DNA of 64,000 nt from Piedraia hortae CBS 480.64 (GCA_010093745.1 MU005957.1:620001-684000), one strand, 5' to 3'. Positions 25,901 through 38,171 are shown, counted from the first letter of the stretch. Notes: generated from the letters alone by a model not told the origin. Numbers and translations are program-made.

Positions 25901-26920
25901 TTACTTCCCACATACGCGGCAACAAATTGCCTCAACCATATACCGCACAATGCTAGCGGTTGCAAATAAATCTGGGCTAATTGTTACCTCGTTTGACGCG
26001 GTAAGTGCATTCACCGCGGCCCCGTTGGACGAACCTGTTTTTACCCGCCAGCTACCTGGCCACGACACGAAAGGCAACGTAGGGCACCTCAGAAAGGTGC
26101 TGTATGGCCTGCGTCGCAGCCCGGTGTTATAATACAAGTTGTCGAAAGAGACACTACAAGCCTGCGGCCTCACTGTACTGAAGGAAGACGCGTGTGGCCT
26201 CGTTACAGTATTTTTTTATGAGGATGATATTAACATCATGTTTCACCTCATGCATCGACTCCACTACGAAAACATTGTGGCCAAGCTCTTCTCATCGAGG
26301 ATTAAGCTCACCAGCGGAAATGAAGTCACCTCTTTTCTCAACATACAAGTACGACGCAACTCTGATCAGCGTCGCCTCTGGCTTTCGCAGGCGGCATACA
26401 TGGGGAAGAGTGTAGCACAGTTAAAGATCCCAACCTACCGCAAAGCACCCTCTACACCGCTCCTTCAGCTCTTACAGCCATGTTCGGAACAGGCCACAGA
26501 ACAATCGCGCAACACCTACCTTCAAATCATCGGACGTTTGATATACGTCTCGTCTTCAATTAGACCCGATATTTTATTCACGGTCTCCGAGCTAGCCCGC
26601 CACGCATCTAATCCGGGACCGGCTCATCATGAAGCGGCTTCTGTTGTTTCCAGTACCTACACGGTACTCGTCATCTCGCCAATACTTACGATGGTCGCCT
26701 GAATGAATTGAATGCATTCTCGGATGCTTCTTTCGTGTCCCACTGGGATGACAAGTGTAGTCAGTCCGGCTACGTAATCTCACTATTCGGAGGTCCTATC
26801 TGTTGGCGATCCCGCCGTCAAAGTACCGTTGCAACCTCGTCGTCTGAGGCTGAGCTCCTAAGCCTATCAGATGCCGCAAGAGAACAGATAGTCCTCAATC
26901 GTTTTTTCGACGAGCTTGAA

Positions 26921-27610
26921 CTCACTGTACGAATACAAGTCAGGGTGCAGAGAACACAAAGACTGCTACGGTCACCTGTGCAGCGTCAACGGGGCAACGC
27001 TGCCCCCGCACTCAATGTCGCTGCGGTCCGGTAGTAAAGCCACTGAATACAACAAGGCAGCGAGGTTGGTCTTCGACGTTGATACCAAGGGCTACGTTAG
27101 CGCCATCCAGCGAACTAACTTCACCAAGCACGGCACTATGCGACCGACCATGTCGACCCCTATTTCAGGCAGCGGGCGGCTCATAGCTACGCCTCAGTGG
27201 CAATTTGGTGTATCGTGTGTGGCAATCTCGAGAACCTAGCTTCGAAGATGAGAGTATGTCGTAAGGTCAATGACACGGGCGGATCACAATACTGCACGTA
27301 CGTGGAAAACTGCCTGAAGGAGGGCGATTGGGTGATCGTTGTCCGTCCGCCTTCATTTCATATCTCCAACACGCAGCCGATGAAGGTCCGGTACTGGGAG
27401 CAGGATTGTGCCGGCGTACATCCGGAATCATTTAGTATGTTCCACGGCGACTTCGACAGCGACGAGATACACTTTTACCCAGTGTACGACCGTGAATCTG
27501 TGGCTGAGTGCGAAACATGGGAACATCTGCCTCTCCCTGCGTTCGTGAAAGGCATAGAAGCGTATAACTCGTACGTGAGCGATACCGAGCGCGCTAAGAG
27601 TTCGCTCACT
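26921..27610 (+). pseudogene. Foreign insert: divergent multisubunit RNA polymerase largest-subunit (beta'/RPB1-like) fragment, one frameshift at ~27229
   Basis: Ordered motifs: C....DCYGH (cf. ECPGHFG), KHGTMR..M......SGRLIATP (cf. [22 protein letters not shown]), GDWVIVVRPPSFH (cf. D.VLFNRQPSLH), FHGDFDSDEIHFY (cf. YNADFDGDEMNLH). Confidence 0.85.
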
Positions 27611-27851
27611 CTGTTCTGTGATAATTTGCGAACGATCAGGCTGTTGATAGCGGAAACGGCAGTGCTCATTATCAAACTAAGACATGTTAATATTCAAAGG
27701 CACTGGTTGAGAGAGGTCGTCCAGAAGGGACGTATTGAGATTTTGTGGATTCCCGCGGCGGACCAAACGAGGGATGGCCTTACAAAACCTCTGCCCAAGA
27801 GATGTCATGACGTCTTCATACGCGAATTGAGCCCGCAAGATATCGCACACC

Positions 27852-28010
27852 TGTCTCGATCCTTGCCGGTGCCACGGCATGTCGATCGTATGATCGACAT
27901 TGTTGTCGCTGGTAGATTAGTTGTTTCTTGTACATAGTTCCGTCCGCCGGCTCGGCCGGGCAGTCGCGTTGTCTTCCTTTCATCGCTGTTTCCTGTCAAT
28001 ACCAGTGATA
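27852..28010 (+). repeat. 3' LTR of the copia element
   Basis: Direct repeat of 22788-22944. Confidence 0.85.
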
Positions 28011-30336
28011 TGACTCGATCAAGGTCTTTAAGAAAGTTCAGCAGAATTGCTTGCTGAAGCCTTGACAGAGTGTAGCAGAATTATCGCGACTTGAAGGCAT
28101 GAAACATGTATCTTTAACCGTCCCATACCGGCTAAAGGTGTGCGCGGTCTAAACCTATGGAGATGAGATGAGAAGCGCTCGTGACTGGCCGCTTGCGATG
28201 ATTCTAGATGATAAAGTGACGACGCCGATTATGTCGTCATTGTTGGTTGGTTACGTGATGCCGAGGAGAGCAGTGGTGTTTGAAAATGCCAACGAGCCTG
28301 AAACCAGTCAAATTCAAGGTGCACCCAGTACAGCGAGACCGAATAAGGGACGGCAACCTTCGATGTTGTCGCCAAAGCGGGATTTTGACATGAGGAATAG
28401 AATCTCAGTCGACTGGGGTTCGCGAAGGTTCACAACCTTGTTCGCTGATCAGTCTATCCGGTGACTAGACCTAAAGTCGGATCGCGCTCGCATCTCCATA
28501 GAGCTTACCTCCGAGATCTTGTTTGCTGTTCAGTATCAAGGTAGACTGCTCATTTACCCGAGCAGGTGATTTTTGTAGGCCTGAGCAGGTTGACGTTCAT
28601 GTATATGACCATCATTGGGCCAGGCGAAGAAAAAAGCGGTTGGAGGTCGCGGTCAATTGTTTTTGCTGTCTCGAACGCTGTGGTATGCCTGGTTATCGGA
28701 AGCGCGCTATCCAAAATAGAAGCTATGAAAGTACGGCCTTCCAGATCCTTGTGTAGTCGTTTTGCGCATTTATTGCCGTGGGAGCGTATTGGAGGGCTCA
28801 TATCCAGCACCGCAAGCATAGATAATAACGGCGAACCGTTCGTGCGCCAAGTTCGGGCAGGGAGACGTCCCTTTTTCATCGTGAACTATCCTGTACCGCC
28901 TTGGACTTTCACATCAGTGTGGCGGCGCGACGGAGCGGGATCCGATGACATCGCTGATGCCGGAGGGGTGAACCTCCGAGGACTAGAGTGACTCCGGACT
29001 GTTGCAATAACAGGTTTCATGTTGACGTTGCAGTAGCCACCGTCGTCAAATTGAGTGCTTTTGCATAGGCCAGAAGGTATCTGGCGGTTCTTGATTGATT
29101 CCAATGCTGCTCAAACCGGCGATCTCTTCTTAATCGCGACGACAGTAAAGCGCCGGACGGTGTATCGTGAGAACATGGCCGGCAAGCCGGACCCGGAAGA
29201 AGGATCTGGCCATCTAACTCATGTATGCTTATCCAGAGCAGTCGCCATGTTCATCGATTCAACGTCCTTTGAGTGCGTGTATCTTCTCTGTTGGCCTTGT
29301 AAGAGCAATGGGTTGTACCCGTACGCATGTATCGCTACACATCATCATAGCAGTTGTCGAACATGCCATGAACCTTTTGGGAGAACTTGGTACCTTTTAC
29401 TTTTTAACTCACGCTCGAAAGGCACGGAAGGCTCGGACGGCGGTTGGTGGCACGAAGAAAGCTAGCACGTAACTTCAGGCTGTAACTGTGGCAGTTGTTT
29501 CGAGGATGCGGTACGCCGTGTGGGGGTATGAGCACAGCGATAGAGAGGCCATTAGTCTTCCTGTCCCTCTCTGAGCCGCAACTGGGCGATCGTAGGTTCT
29601 TCTCTTTGTTGGTTTTGAATGATGAGAAGATTGTTCATCTGCGGGCTTGCAGAATGTGAAGAGAATGATTGCTGGGGATACGCGGGTTTAGATCCTCGTC
29701 CGGTGAAGAGCAAGGAGATTGGAGTAGTATGATGAGGTGTCATCTTCACGCGCTAGGCCTTCTCGAGATCTACACCCGCGCTTGTAATGATCTATGGTCT
29801 TTGAAAGCGGCGCAATGAGAGAATTGGCCCCTCTGTCCTCACATGATGAAACGCTGCCTAACATGCAGGCTGCTACGGAATCAGCGAACACAGGCGAACA
29901 TCAACGCAAAGGAATGCCAGTGAGTTATGGCAAAATATTGTTGTGTTGGTAGATGACCTTAAAGAATTGTAGGACGGAAAAAATTGTGGGGTCAAATTTG
30001 ATAGCGGTGGGAAGTAATGGCGGAATTTTCTGATGCGTCCTTTCGTCTGCAACGTCAGAACAGAATTGTGCCACCCATTTGAACACAAGTCGACCATATT
30101 GACGACCCCCTCAATCGATCTTCAGCGGCCTGTTCTACGCATTGAACTTGCTTCTCCGCGAACGCTTTTCATCGAATACTTAGCAGATCTCCTCCATCTT
30201 CGCTGTGGCTATTCTCGTGTACAGTCTTCTACAGCTCATGCAAGTAGCTTTGTAGTAGACGATAGAAGATCAAATCAAAATTGAACATGTACACTACTAT
30301 GTACATTCCAACGATCGTCCAGTAATGTCATCAAGT

Positions 30337-30828
30337 TTATTTCCCCGTAAAATGATTCTCGTAGTTTTTTCGTTCATTCTCCATGATGGCATCAACTTTC
30401 TTAGCGCTTGCACTATTGGTATCAAAGGTGTAACCGAGCCACTCTCGAGCAAGGCGCCGGGCAAGCTCAAGCCCGATGACACGCTCACCAAAACAGAGAA
30501 TTTGGGCATTGTTGCTGAGCACAGCACGCTCAACGCTAAAGCTATCGTGAGCAGTAACAGCTCGAACACCGGGCACTTTGTTTGCGGCGATAGCAACCCC
30601 CAGGCCAGTACCACAGATGAGCAATGCACGGTCTACTTCGCCCTTGCGAACCATTTGCGCCGCAGCATCCGCTGGATGTGCATAAGCAGTCTTGTCTTGG
30701 CTATCCTTTACACCAACGTCGACCACGCTTGCCACTCGCTCGTCAGCTTCAAAATCTGCCTTGATGGCCTTCTTATAGCCAACGCCGGCTTCGTCGCTCG
30801 CCATGGCAATGCGTAGTCTTTTGGACAT
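30337..30828 (-). CDS. rpiB: Ribose-5-phosphate isomerase B (RpiB/LacAB family)
   Basis: [29 protein letters not shown] and [15 protein letters not shown]; intact 163-aa ORF. Confidence 0.95.
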   Translation of the reverse strand: MSKRLRIAMASDEAGVGYKKAIKADFEADERVASVVDVGVKDSQDKTAYAHPADAAAQMVRKGEVDRALLICGTGLGVAIAANKVPGVRAVTAHDSFSVERAVLSNNAQILCFGERVIGLELARRLAREWLGYTFDTNSASAKKVDAIMENERKNYENHFTGK

Positions 30829-31899
30829 TGTGATGCTCTGCTCTCGACTCGTGGGTAAGATGATATTGTGATGTTGAAAATCTGAGGAAGTGATCAGAGG
30901 GAACTGGCTTCCACACTATGACCTCAATCCATGTTCTGGAAATATGCCTATTTTGATGTCATGGGCGGATTGCCACTTTGAGTAGACCGACCGACCCCTC
31001 CCTTCGTGGGGAGATGAGCATCACAGGATCACCCGCCCGGGAAATGTGGAAGCGTGAGATCGGAGAATGAGGAAACTGGTTCGGAATGCTAATGGGGGCG
31101 TGCTCCTAACAACTCTTCATCCCAACACACCTGAAAAATGTCGCTGATGTCGATGGAGGGCCGATGTTAGCCGCTCAGCCAAAAGAAACCTAGCGCCGCG
31201 CCTCTTAATACACACATCGCCCACAAAGAATTTCAGCACTAACACCACAACCACACTGCTTCTCCACCACTGGTTATGTGAAGCAGCATGGCTTGAGGAA
31301 GGCATGGGAGCGTGAGCCATGGAAGTGCCCAGCAAATGCGCCAGGCCAAGCCTTTCGACCCCCAAAACCGTACAGAAGATCCAAACGCAACAGATCTCGA
31401 GGGTGTGCAAGTTATCATCCTCGCAGTCCCTCCCATTTTCCATGCGAAGACTGTTAGATCGAAGAGACTGGAGTAAAGACGAGGCTGGAGACTGCACTCA
31501 TTCCATGGCCTCAAGATAGCATAAGGTATCCAAGAGACCTGTAACATGAGCTCGTGTCGTTCAGCCGATCAAACCCGCTCAGGACGTTGAACGGCCAACC
31601 CAAGAGCGATATAGAGCCATTTTGTAACACATCAGACTAATCTACCGCGCACCTTTCGCGGAGTATGTATCACGATCTTCTGGACATAAGAGTGGGTTCG
31701 CGCGCTCTTTGCAGGCCTAGACAAAAAGCTGGGTCCATGAAAGGAGTATCACAGCAGACAAACAAGGCACGCATTCGATAATTGGGTCGTTGCTTGATTA
31801 CAAGGAGTTTGAACTGAGCCTCGAAGAGATCTGTATCAAGGCGAGCGAGACATTGACCGCTGCCCGATTCGTCAGGATCATCGGGGACTATCTGAACAA

Positions 31900-33050
31900 A
31901 ACCCGTGCGAAGCTGTGTCTGCTCTGGAAAGTGGCGCGATTAGCCTCGTAACAGCAGATGCGACTGGACCCTAGAGCTTGGAAGGAGCGAAAACAAGAAC
32001 TAATCAGAGTATCAATCTCCTCGGCCAGCCAATTTTTATCATCTGATATTGTGTCCCCGCATCCGTGGACTCCATTCCAGTGTGTCACAACAGAGTCGAA
32101 GGGTGGGGCAAGTCGATGAAATACTTGAGGCGAAGGGAGCGACTCAATTTGCCTGCTACATCGAACAGAGCTGGTATCTCGATGAAATCACCGTCTGTGC
32201 CTTGGTGGCTACGCGTAGATAGCTCATCATTATGTCTTCAAGTGTGGATAAGAGTTGCGTTATTTGCTAATCACGCAACTGATTAAGGTCAAAAACAATG
32301 AAAATATAACTCAAAAAATCGTTTTCTGTGTAGCTAAGGAACGATGGCTGCATCGGTTGAGGTTCTGGCACGAGATACGGAAGGGGGTGTTTCTTGATGG
32401 GCACGAGCGTCCGGACGTGGTAAAGCGCCGTAAGAAGTACATGGAAGAGTGGGAACGCCTCAAGCCGCTTTTCGCCAAGTGGACTAAGACGGGAATTTGA
32501 CCGATGAAACGCCATTGCCTAACGGCCAGAATCGATATATCCCAATCGCCCATGATGAGTGCATCTTTCTCCAAAATTACAGGAGATGCTCTGTCTGGAC
32601 GCAAAAGGGACCACATGCCTCTGCGACCGAAGGGTGAAGGGCGAGGGTTGATGGTGTCGGGATTTGTCACACCCGGCGGCCCACTAGAAGTGCCGGCCAT
32701 TATCAGTGACGAGGCTCTGAGAGAGCTCGGCATACAACGGACATCCGACAAGTTTATCCCGGCTGCCAAGGGCAGTTACGGGGATGGCACCAGCATGGGC
32801 CAGCATGTTGCGAAAGTGAAGCAGATGTTCCCATTCGTCTTCGGACACAGGAAGTACGAGCTCCTGTGGATCTTCGACAACGCCACGAATCACATTGGCA
32901 TAGCTAAAGATGCACTGGCTGCGGACAAGATGAACCTGGGACCAGGGGGGAAGCAGCCAGTGATGAGAGACGACTGGAACCCGGTAACCAATGCACCACA
33001 GCCCATAAACTACCCTGACAAGTCCAATCCCCAAGAGATAGAGTCCTTCT
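31900..33050 (+). mobile_element. Degenerate IS630/Tc1-related fungal DDE transposase fragment
   Basis: KGVFLDGHERPDVV, PKGEGRGLMVSGF and WIFDNATNH...MNLGPGGKQPVMRD; contains stops and frameshifts. Confidence 0.7.
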
Positions 33051-34231
33051 TGACTCTTCTCGCAAATTCAGTGTCGGCAGGACGCTTGCCCAACATTGAG
33101 CGCGATCGCGCTCAAGGTTTCGAAAGATTCTATAGGGACTATCTCGCAGATAGTCCCTCTTTTAGCCGCTAAAAATTCAAACGCAGGTTCCGCATGTCTC
33201 GCCGCCTATTACTCCGGCTCGCCAATGTATTGGCGGGCCATGATCCGCACTTCCAACAATGTGAAGATGCTAAGGGCCTTCAGGGTATATATCCCTTCAT
33301 GAAGGTCACGGCGGCCATCCCCCAGTTAGGTATCAGCAGTATACGGTAAATTGACAGCTCACGTGATAAGACATGTGAATTACCCGTAAATTTACTGCTA
33401 ACCACCTGTAAATTTACTGTGGGTCTTGTCAGGCCCGAGAGACTGGAGGACACAAATGATGGAGCTAAGCGGTGTGCGCTACTCTATATTGCCTAAATGA
33501 CTAGAACAACGCGAAAAGGCCAAAAGGGCAACTGTCTCGGTGCTGTAGGATTTTACGGGCCGCGCCGAGCGAGCCGTGACGAGACCACGTGACTGAAAGT
33601 GGGACTGAGATTCCTGACAGGCCTCTCTCACTGATAAAGATCACGTGCTGGGTTGTCCCTCCCAACTCTCTGACGCACACACCTCACACCAAATTCTCCT
33701 TACTTTAACAATAATGCGAACAACTATTAGGATGTCCCAAACGTGCCACACCCCACGGCGACCTGCAAGTTTCGCCCGAAGTCAATGACAAACAACAATA
33801 GAAAGCAAATGATGGCCAATACCAAGGAATGCGAACACGTTGATTGAAGTGTGCGCCAAATTTTCCAACAGATGTACGTCAAGGAGTATGAATCGAAAAA
33901 AAGAACCGCCACGACGGTTTTTGGCGAAGCAGCCGACATTCCGTTGGAAGCAGATGCATTTACGGCCGTTGAGTCGCTCACTCATGAGCGCAAATTGATG
34001 GTAGACCTTAAGGGAGCGGTTATCATGTTCGAGCTGGGGCTCCCCTTTGTCTTGTCCGACAACCCAAAGTTCCGCGATTGAATCACTTCGCTTAATCCTA
34101 AACACTCTCTGCCAAATATTACGCAGGTTGCTGGCCCCATGCTTGTCGCATCGTACGAAAAGCTCAAATAACGGGTCAGCAACGTCCTGTTCGCAAGGGG
34201 ACGACAGAAAACGACTGACTCTTGTATCGGA

Positions 34232-34263
34232 TTTGATGATTTGATGTTTTACGCCGGGCAAAA
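34232..34263 (-). mobile_element. Ultra-short LINE 3' end inserted in the hAT transposase
   Basis: Nearly identical to the tail of the 19958 LINE; flanked by the 16-bp direct repeat TGACTCTTGTATCGGA (34216-34231, 34264-34279). Confidence 0.88.
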
Positions 34264-35600
34264 TGACTCTTGTATCGGACTCCTGGACAAACCAACGAAA
34301 CGAGCCCCTCGGCAACTATTTACTGGTCACCCCAGACGGACAATCGGTTTTTTTACAAGGCAGTGGCAACGGAGGCCAGCCCGCACACCGGTGCGTATCT
34401 GGCCACAGAGTTGATCCAGGCCATTGAAGAAATTGGGCCGGAGCGTATTAACGCTATCTGTACCGACTCCGCATCGATTATGAAGAGTGCAGTTGAGAAC
34501 GTCGTCAAGAAGTTTCCCGCAAAGTATCCCATTGGATACAACGCACATCAACTCGATCTGATGATAAAAGACTATTAAACTGGCGCCCTTCTCGATCGGT
34601 GAAGGAAGTAGTCGAGATTGTGAAGTTTTTCAAGCGGCACCACATTCCAGGAGAGAAGCTGCGCCAGAAGCAGGAGAAACTCTTTGACAAATCCATCGCG
34701 TTAGTCATGCCAGTGGCCACGTGCTGGCAATTAAACTACGATTGCCTCATTGCGTTGGAGAAGTCGATATCGGTTCTCAGACAGGTTGTGGTGAAGGACT
34801 ATGTGGACAGCTTGATGAGCAAGAAAGTTGTATACCGGAACGTCCGCCTCCATGTTTTGAGCAATGATTGGGTGGGCGTGGTTGGCGGGGCTCCTCAAGG
34901 TTGTTAAGCCATTCTGGATGGCGATTGCCAGAATGGGGGGCCAACGCGCCAAGGCTATACCATGTCTACAGCATTTTCATGTGGGTGCACGACGAAGTTA
35001 CAGCATCTTGTGCGGGCCGTGACGAGACCATGGAGGCGAGGGTACGAAATTTCATTGCTAGTCGCTGGAAGAATATAGGCACAATGGCGATGTACCTCGC
35101 GGCTATTCTGGATCCGTCCCTCCAGAAAGATTGGAGGCCCACATTGAACCCAGAGGGCCTGCGCGCCGTGATGGCCTGGCTGGATGTGCGGTACCTCACT
35201 GACAGACCGCAAATGTACGGCAAGTTGATGAGATTTGTTAACAACCAAATCCTGTACAATGACGAGTTCTTGCGGGCAGCTGCAGCTTGTATGAGCCCCT
35301 TATTTTGGTGGAAAATGCATTTTGCGAGCAAGATATCCGAGCTTGTTCAAGATATGCTATCTACAACATCAACCTCGACGTCATAGGAGCTGAACTGGAC
35401 GACATTTGGCAATGTTCATTCCAAACCCCGCACCCGGCTCAAAGAACCCCAAAGTCGAGAAGTTAGTCTATATCAATAGCAACCCTAGAACGATGGGTAA
35501 GACCAATACCGACAACGGACCAATGCTCTGGGGTGAAGAAGATGTTGAAGAGGATACTCTGTCTGGCGAATCGGTTGATTAGTTGGCACAGGATATGATA

Positions 35601-35662
35601 CCCCATGCCCTTCGGGAGGCTGCGAATGGCCGTTAGCGGTCATTTCGCCCGGCGTAAATAAT
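35601..35662 (+). mobile_element. 62-bp LINE 3' end inserted in the hAT element
   Basis: Matches the reverse complement of ~19978-20035; 12-bp TSD CAGGATATGATA (35589-35600, 35663-35674). Confidence 0.9.
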
Positions 35663-36369
35663 CAGGATATGATAAAACCTCCACCCAGCGATAAGGCCAT
35701 AGCAGAAGACGAGGCTATGGAAGGCAGCCAACCGGTTTGGTTGGATGAGGAGAAGGATGACGACGGCTGAACCTTGGAGAACGAGATGTTATCAGAGGCT
35801 CTTTTGTTGGAAGATAGCTGCGTGTAAGAGTTTATACCGGACTGTTAAATTTCGTTGTGTATGTCGTACATCAGCAAAAACTCGTTCCACTTGATGAACG
35901 AGACACCTATAATAGGGTAGAAGCGTCAGCAGCAGATTAGGGGATACATTGGGGTTGAAAAAAATGCTCCCAGCTACTTCTGTGGAGAGATGTTGGAGGT
36001 ACCGGTAAATTTACCCGTCATTGTAAGTCTTGGTAAATGTAAAGCGCTGATTCCTAATCATGCTACGAACCCCAGTTGCCTGGTTCGTGAATAAACTAGA
36101 CTTTGAACTCTGGCAGATCAACCCGTCTTCCGCCTCGCGCAAGGCAAATACTAGACATTGTAGTTGAAGAACATCTTAAATTCCAGTTTAGGCACATTAG
36201 TTGCGTTCATATTTTTGGTAACTGGTATGGTGACGCTCAAGAAGTATCTGTGCTCAGGCACTGAACCAATTCAGCACAGTGGCCTTGAATCGATCTGGCA
36301 TACGGCAGTCCAGCAAGAAGACCTATCCCAGTACACAGCCGCAGCAACGTGGAAGGCTATGGGTCATGG

Positions 36370-36530
36370 CCCAAGCCGTAATCTGGATTACCATGCTTTT
36401 GTGGGTGAGGTAGGTTGTAAACCTGTAGTGTTTATCTAGCCTATATAGCACGTTCTCATGCCCTTCGGGAGACTGCGGCTGATTCTTCGGGACCACATCG
36501 ACACGGTGTCAAATAGCACAAATAAATAAA
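36370..36530 (+). mobile_element. Degenerate Tad1-like LINE 3' end
   Basis: CATGCCCTTCGGGAG module followed by an (AAAT)n tail. Confidence 0.65.
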
Positions 36531-36684
36531 TGAAATTTGTCCCCTCGCGCGAAGCTCTTCCACTTGTTGACGGGATTGCTCCATCTGAATGTCGCCACAT
36601 TCACTTTGCATGAGCCAAGCCCTCTCGGCTGGAGAGGGGTTGACCGCGGACGTGCAGCTGGCTAAATTGCTTGCTGGATTTTTA

Positions 36685-38171
36685 CAGTACCCCGAGAAAT
36701 TGGTAACATTTTTAGGGTTTTTGGCACATCAAAATCATGACTTCCGTTACATTATACCGATATGTTCAAGAGTAGTATCTTTCGATAGGCCGTTCCATGG
36801 GCTATCCAACGCATGTTGTTTTGTGTTTTTATGTAGTACACTGATTGAGATAATCGATGTGAAAATTGAACGATTCGGGTGACCAATTTACCGGTGGGGC
36901 TGCTCTAATATTACTTAATCGGACCTCCCTTGACTTTGACAACAGCTGCACAACGCCTTGGCATACTCTCAACATGTGCATAACTTCTCGGGCATAATGG
37001 AGACCCATGCCTCCTCGATCCGCTCATTCAGCTCCTCCTGGCTCACGGCAACGTTCTCATATCCGTGCAGCCTCTTCTTGACAATATCCAACAGATGCTC
37101 GATGGGATGGAGGACCGGGGAGTAAGCAGGCCAGTCCAGAACAATGACCACGTTGTCCTCAAACCAGTCTCGGGCATGTTTTGAGGTATGCTTGCTATCT
37201 CCATTCTGCTGGAACTTGTCACAGCGGAGGGAGCGCATACTACCCTGAAGGTTAATACGCAGTATACCGACGTACTGCGACGCACCCATTCGCCCAACGA
37301 CAAAATCGAGCCTCCCCGCTCCTGCTCCGAACATGCATCCCCAAATCAAGACATTCCTGCCGCCGTGCTTGACTGCGCATCTCACGTTATGTCCCCGAAC
37401 CCAGTCAAGTGGGGGGAAATTCACGACCATTGCACCCCTGTCAGATCCAACACGTTTGATTATAGTTTCCTCGGAGAACAGGACCTTCAAGTCCTCAATT
37501 GCCCATTCTAACTGCTCAGTGGCCCACCGAAGTCGTTCAGCCTTTGCTTTCTTAGATAGTGCTGGGGCCTTCTTCTTGACATCCCCTAATCCTTGTTCTT
37601 TGAAAGCTTTGCGGTCAGTATCAGGACCGACGCTCATCCCTAGGCCACGCTTCAGCATACGGTCAACCTCTGGCGCCGATTTGCACTTGTTCGTGCACAT
37701 CATCCTGGCCGATTGCCTCTTCGTGACCTTACCCAGCTTCTCTGGACGCCCGGTCCTCGGCGTTTCGATCTTGCCTCCCTTTTCAACAAAGTCCTTGCGG
37801 AGTTTTTAAACGAACGTCTTACTACAACCCATGTCTTTGGCCACTGGTCGCTGAGACTTGCCCGCTTTGATGCCTGCAAGCACGTTGTCGCGTCTAGATT
37901 CTCTGAGAGTGCGCATGTTAAACGGGAAAGCGTAAATCGAATGTCAATGAAATTTACGATTCTACGGAACGTTGTGTAAGCGTTTCGCGTGTGTAGAGGT
38001 GCTGTGCATGGTTTGCGACGCGTTGTTTTGATCACAATAGGATTTGGAAGTGTCGCCGAAAAATTGGTCTACGGACTCGTCCAACTTGAACGCATTGGTG
38101 CATTTTAACGGAAGTCATGGTTTTGATGTGTCGAAAACCCTAAAACATGTTGCCAATTTCTCGGGGTACTG
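36685..38171 (-). mobile_element. Tc1/mariner transposon with TIRs and TA target duplication; decayed transposase
   Basis: TIRs of ~65 bp (CAGTACCCCGAGAAATTGG...GACTTCCGTTA) at both ends, flanked by TA. Transposase motifs SGRP, VKHGG..V.IWGC, FQQ....KH and DWPAYSP.L.PIEHL. Confidence 0.92.

Larger units (their letters stand above)
22788..28010 (+). mobile_element. Ty1/copia LTR retrotransposon, degenerate (gag, protease, integrase, RT, RNase H)
   Basis: Zn knuckle CDACGTENHVAKDC, protease WILDTGSDSNIC, integrase PHTPHEN, RT LYGLRRSP and FFYEDDI, RNase H FSDASF..SQSGY and CDN; PBS-like GTTATAAGCCC follows the 5' LTR. Confidence 0.92.
33326..36057 (+). mobile_element. Degenerate hAT DNA transposon (DUF659-type transposase)
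   Basis: TLVSDSWTN, HTG..LA, AICTDSAS, AH.LDL and PLFWW. Inverted ends TTAGG(T/A)ATCAGC; subterminal GTAAATTTAC palindromes at both ends. Confidence 0.8.

Noticed and set aside
27197..27937. 246-aa ORF as a genuine functional fusion gene
   Set aside because: It is a chimera of the RNAP-like insert, copia RNase H and LTR, begins at GTG, and is frameshifted from its upstream part.
22783..28015. Target-site duplication for the copia (also for the hAT and CMC-like elements)
   Set aside because: Flanks do not match (GCTAA vs TGACT for the copia), so the exact ends remain uncertain.
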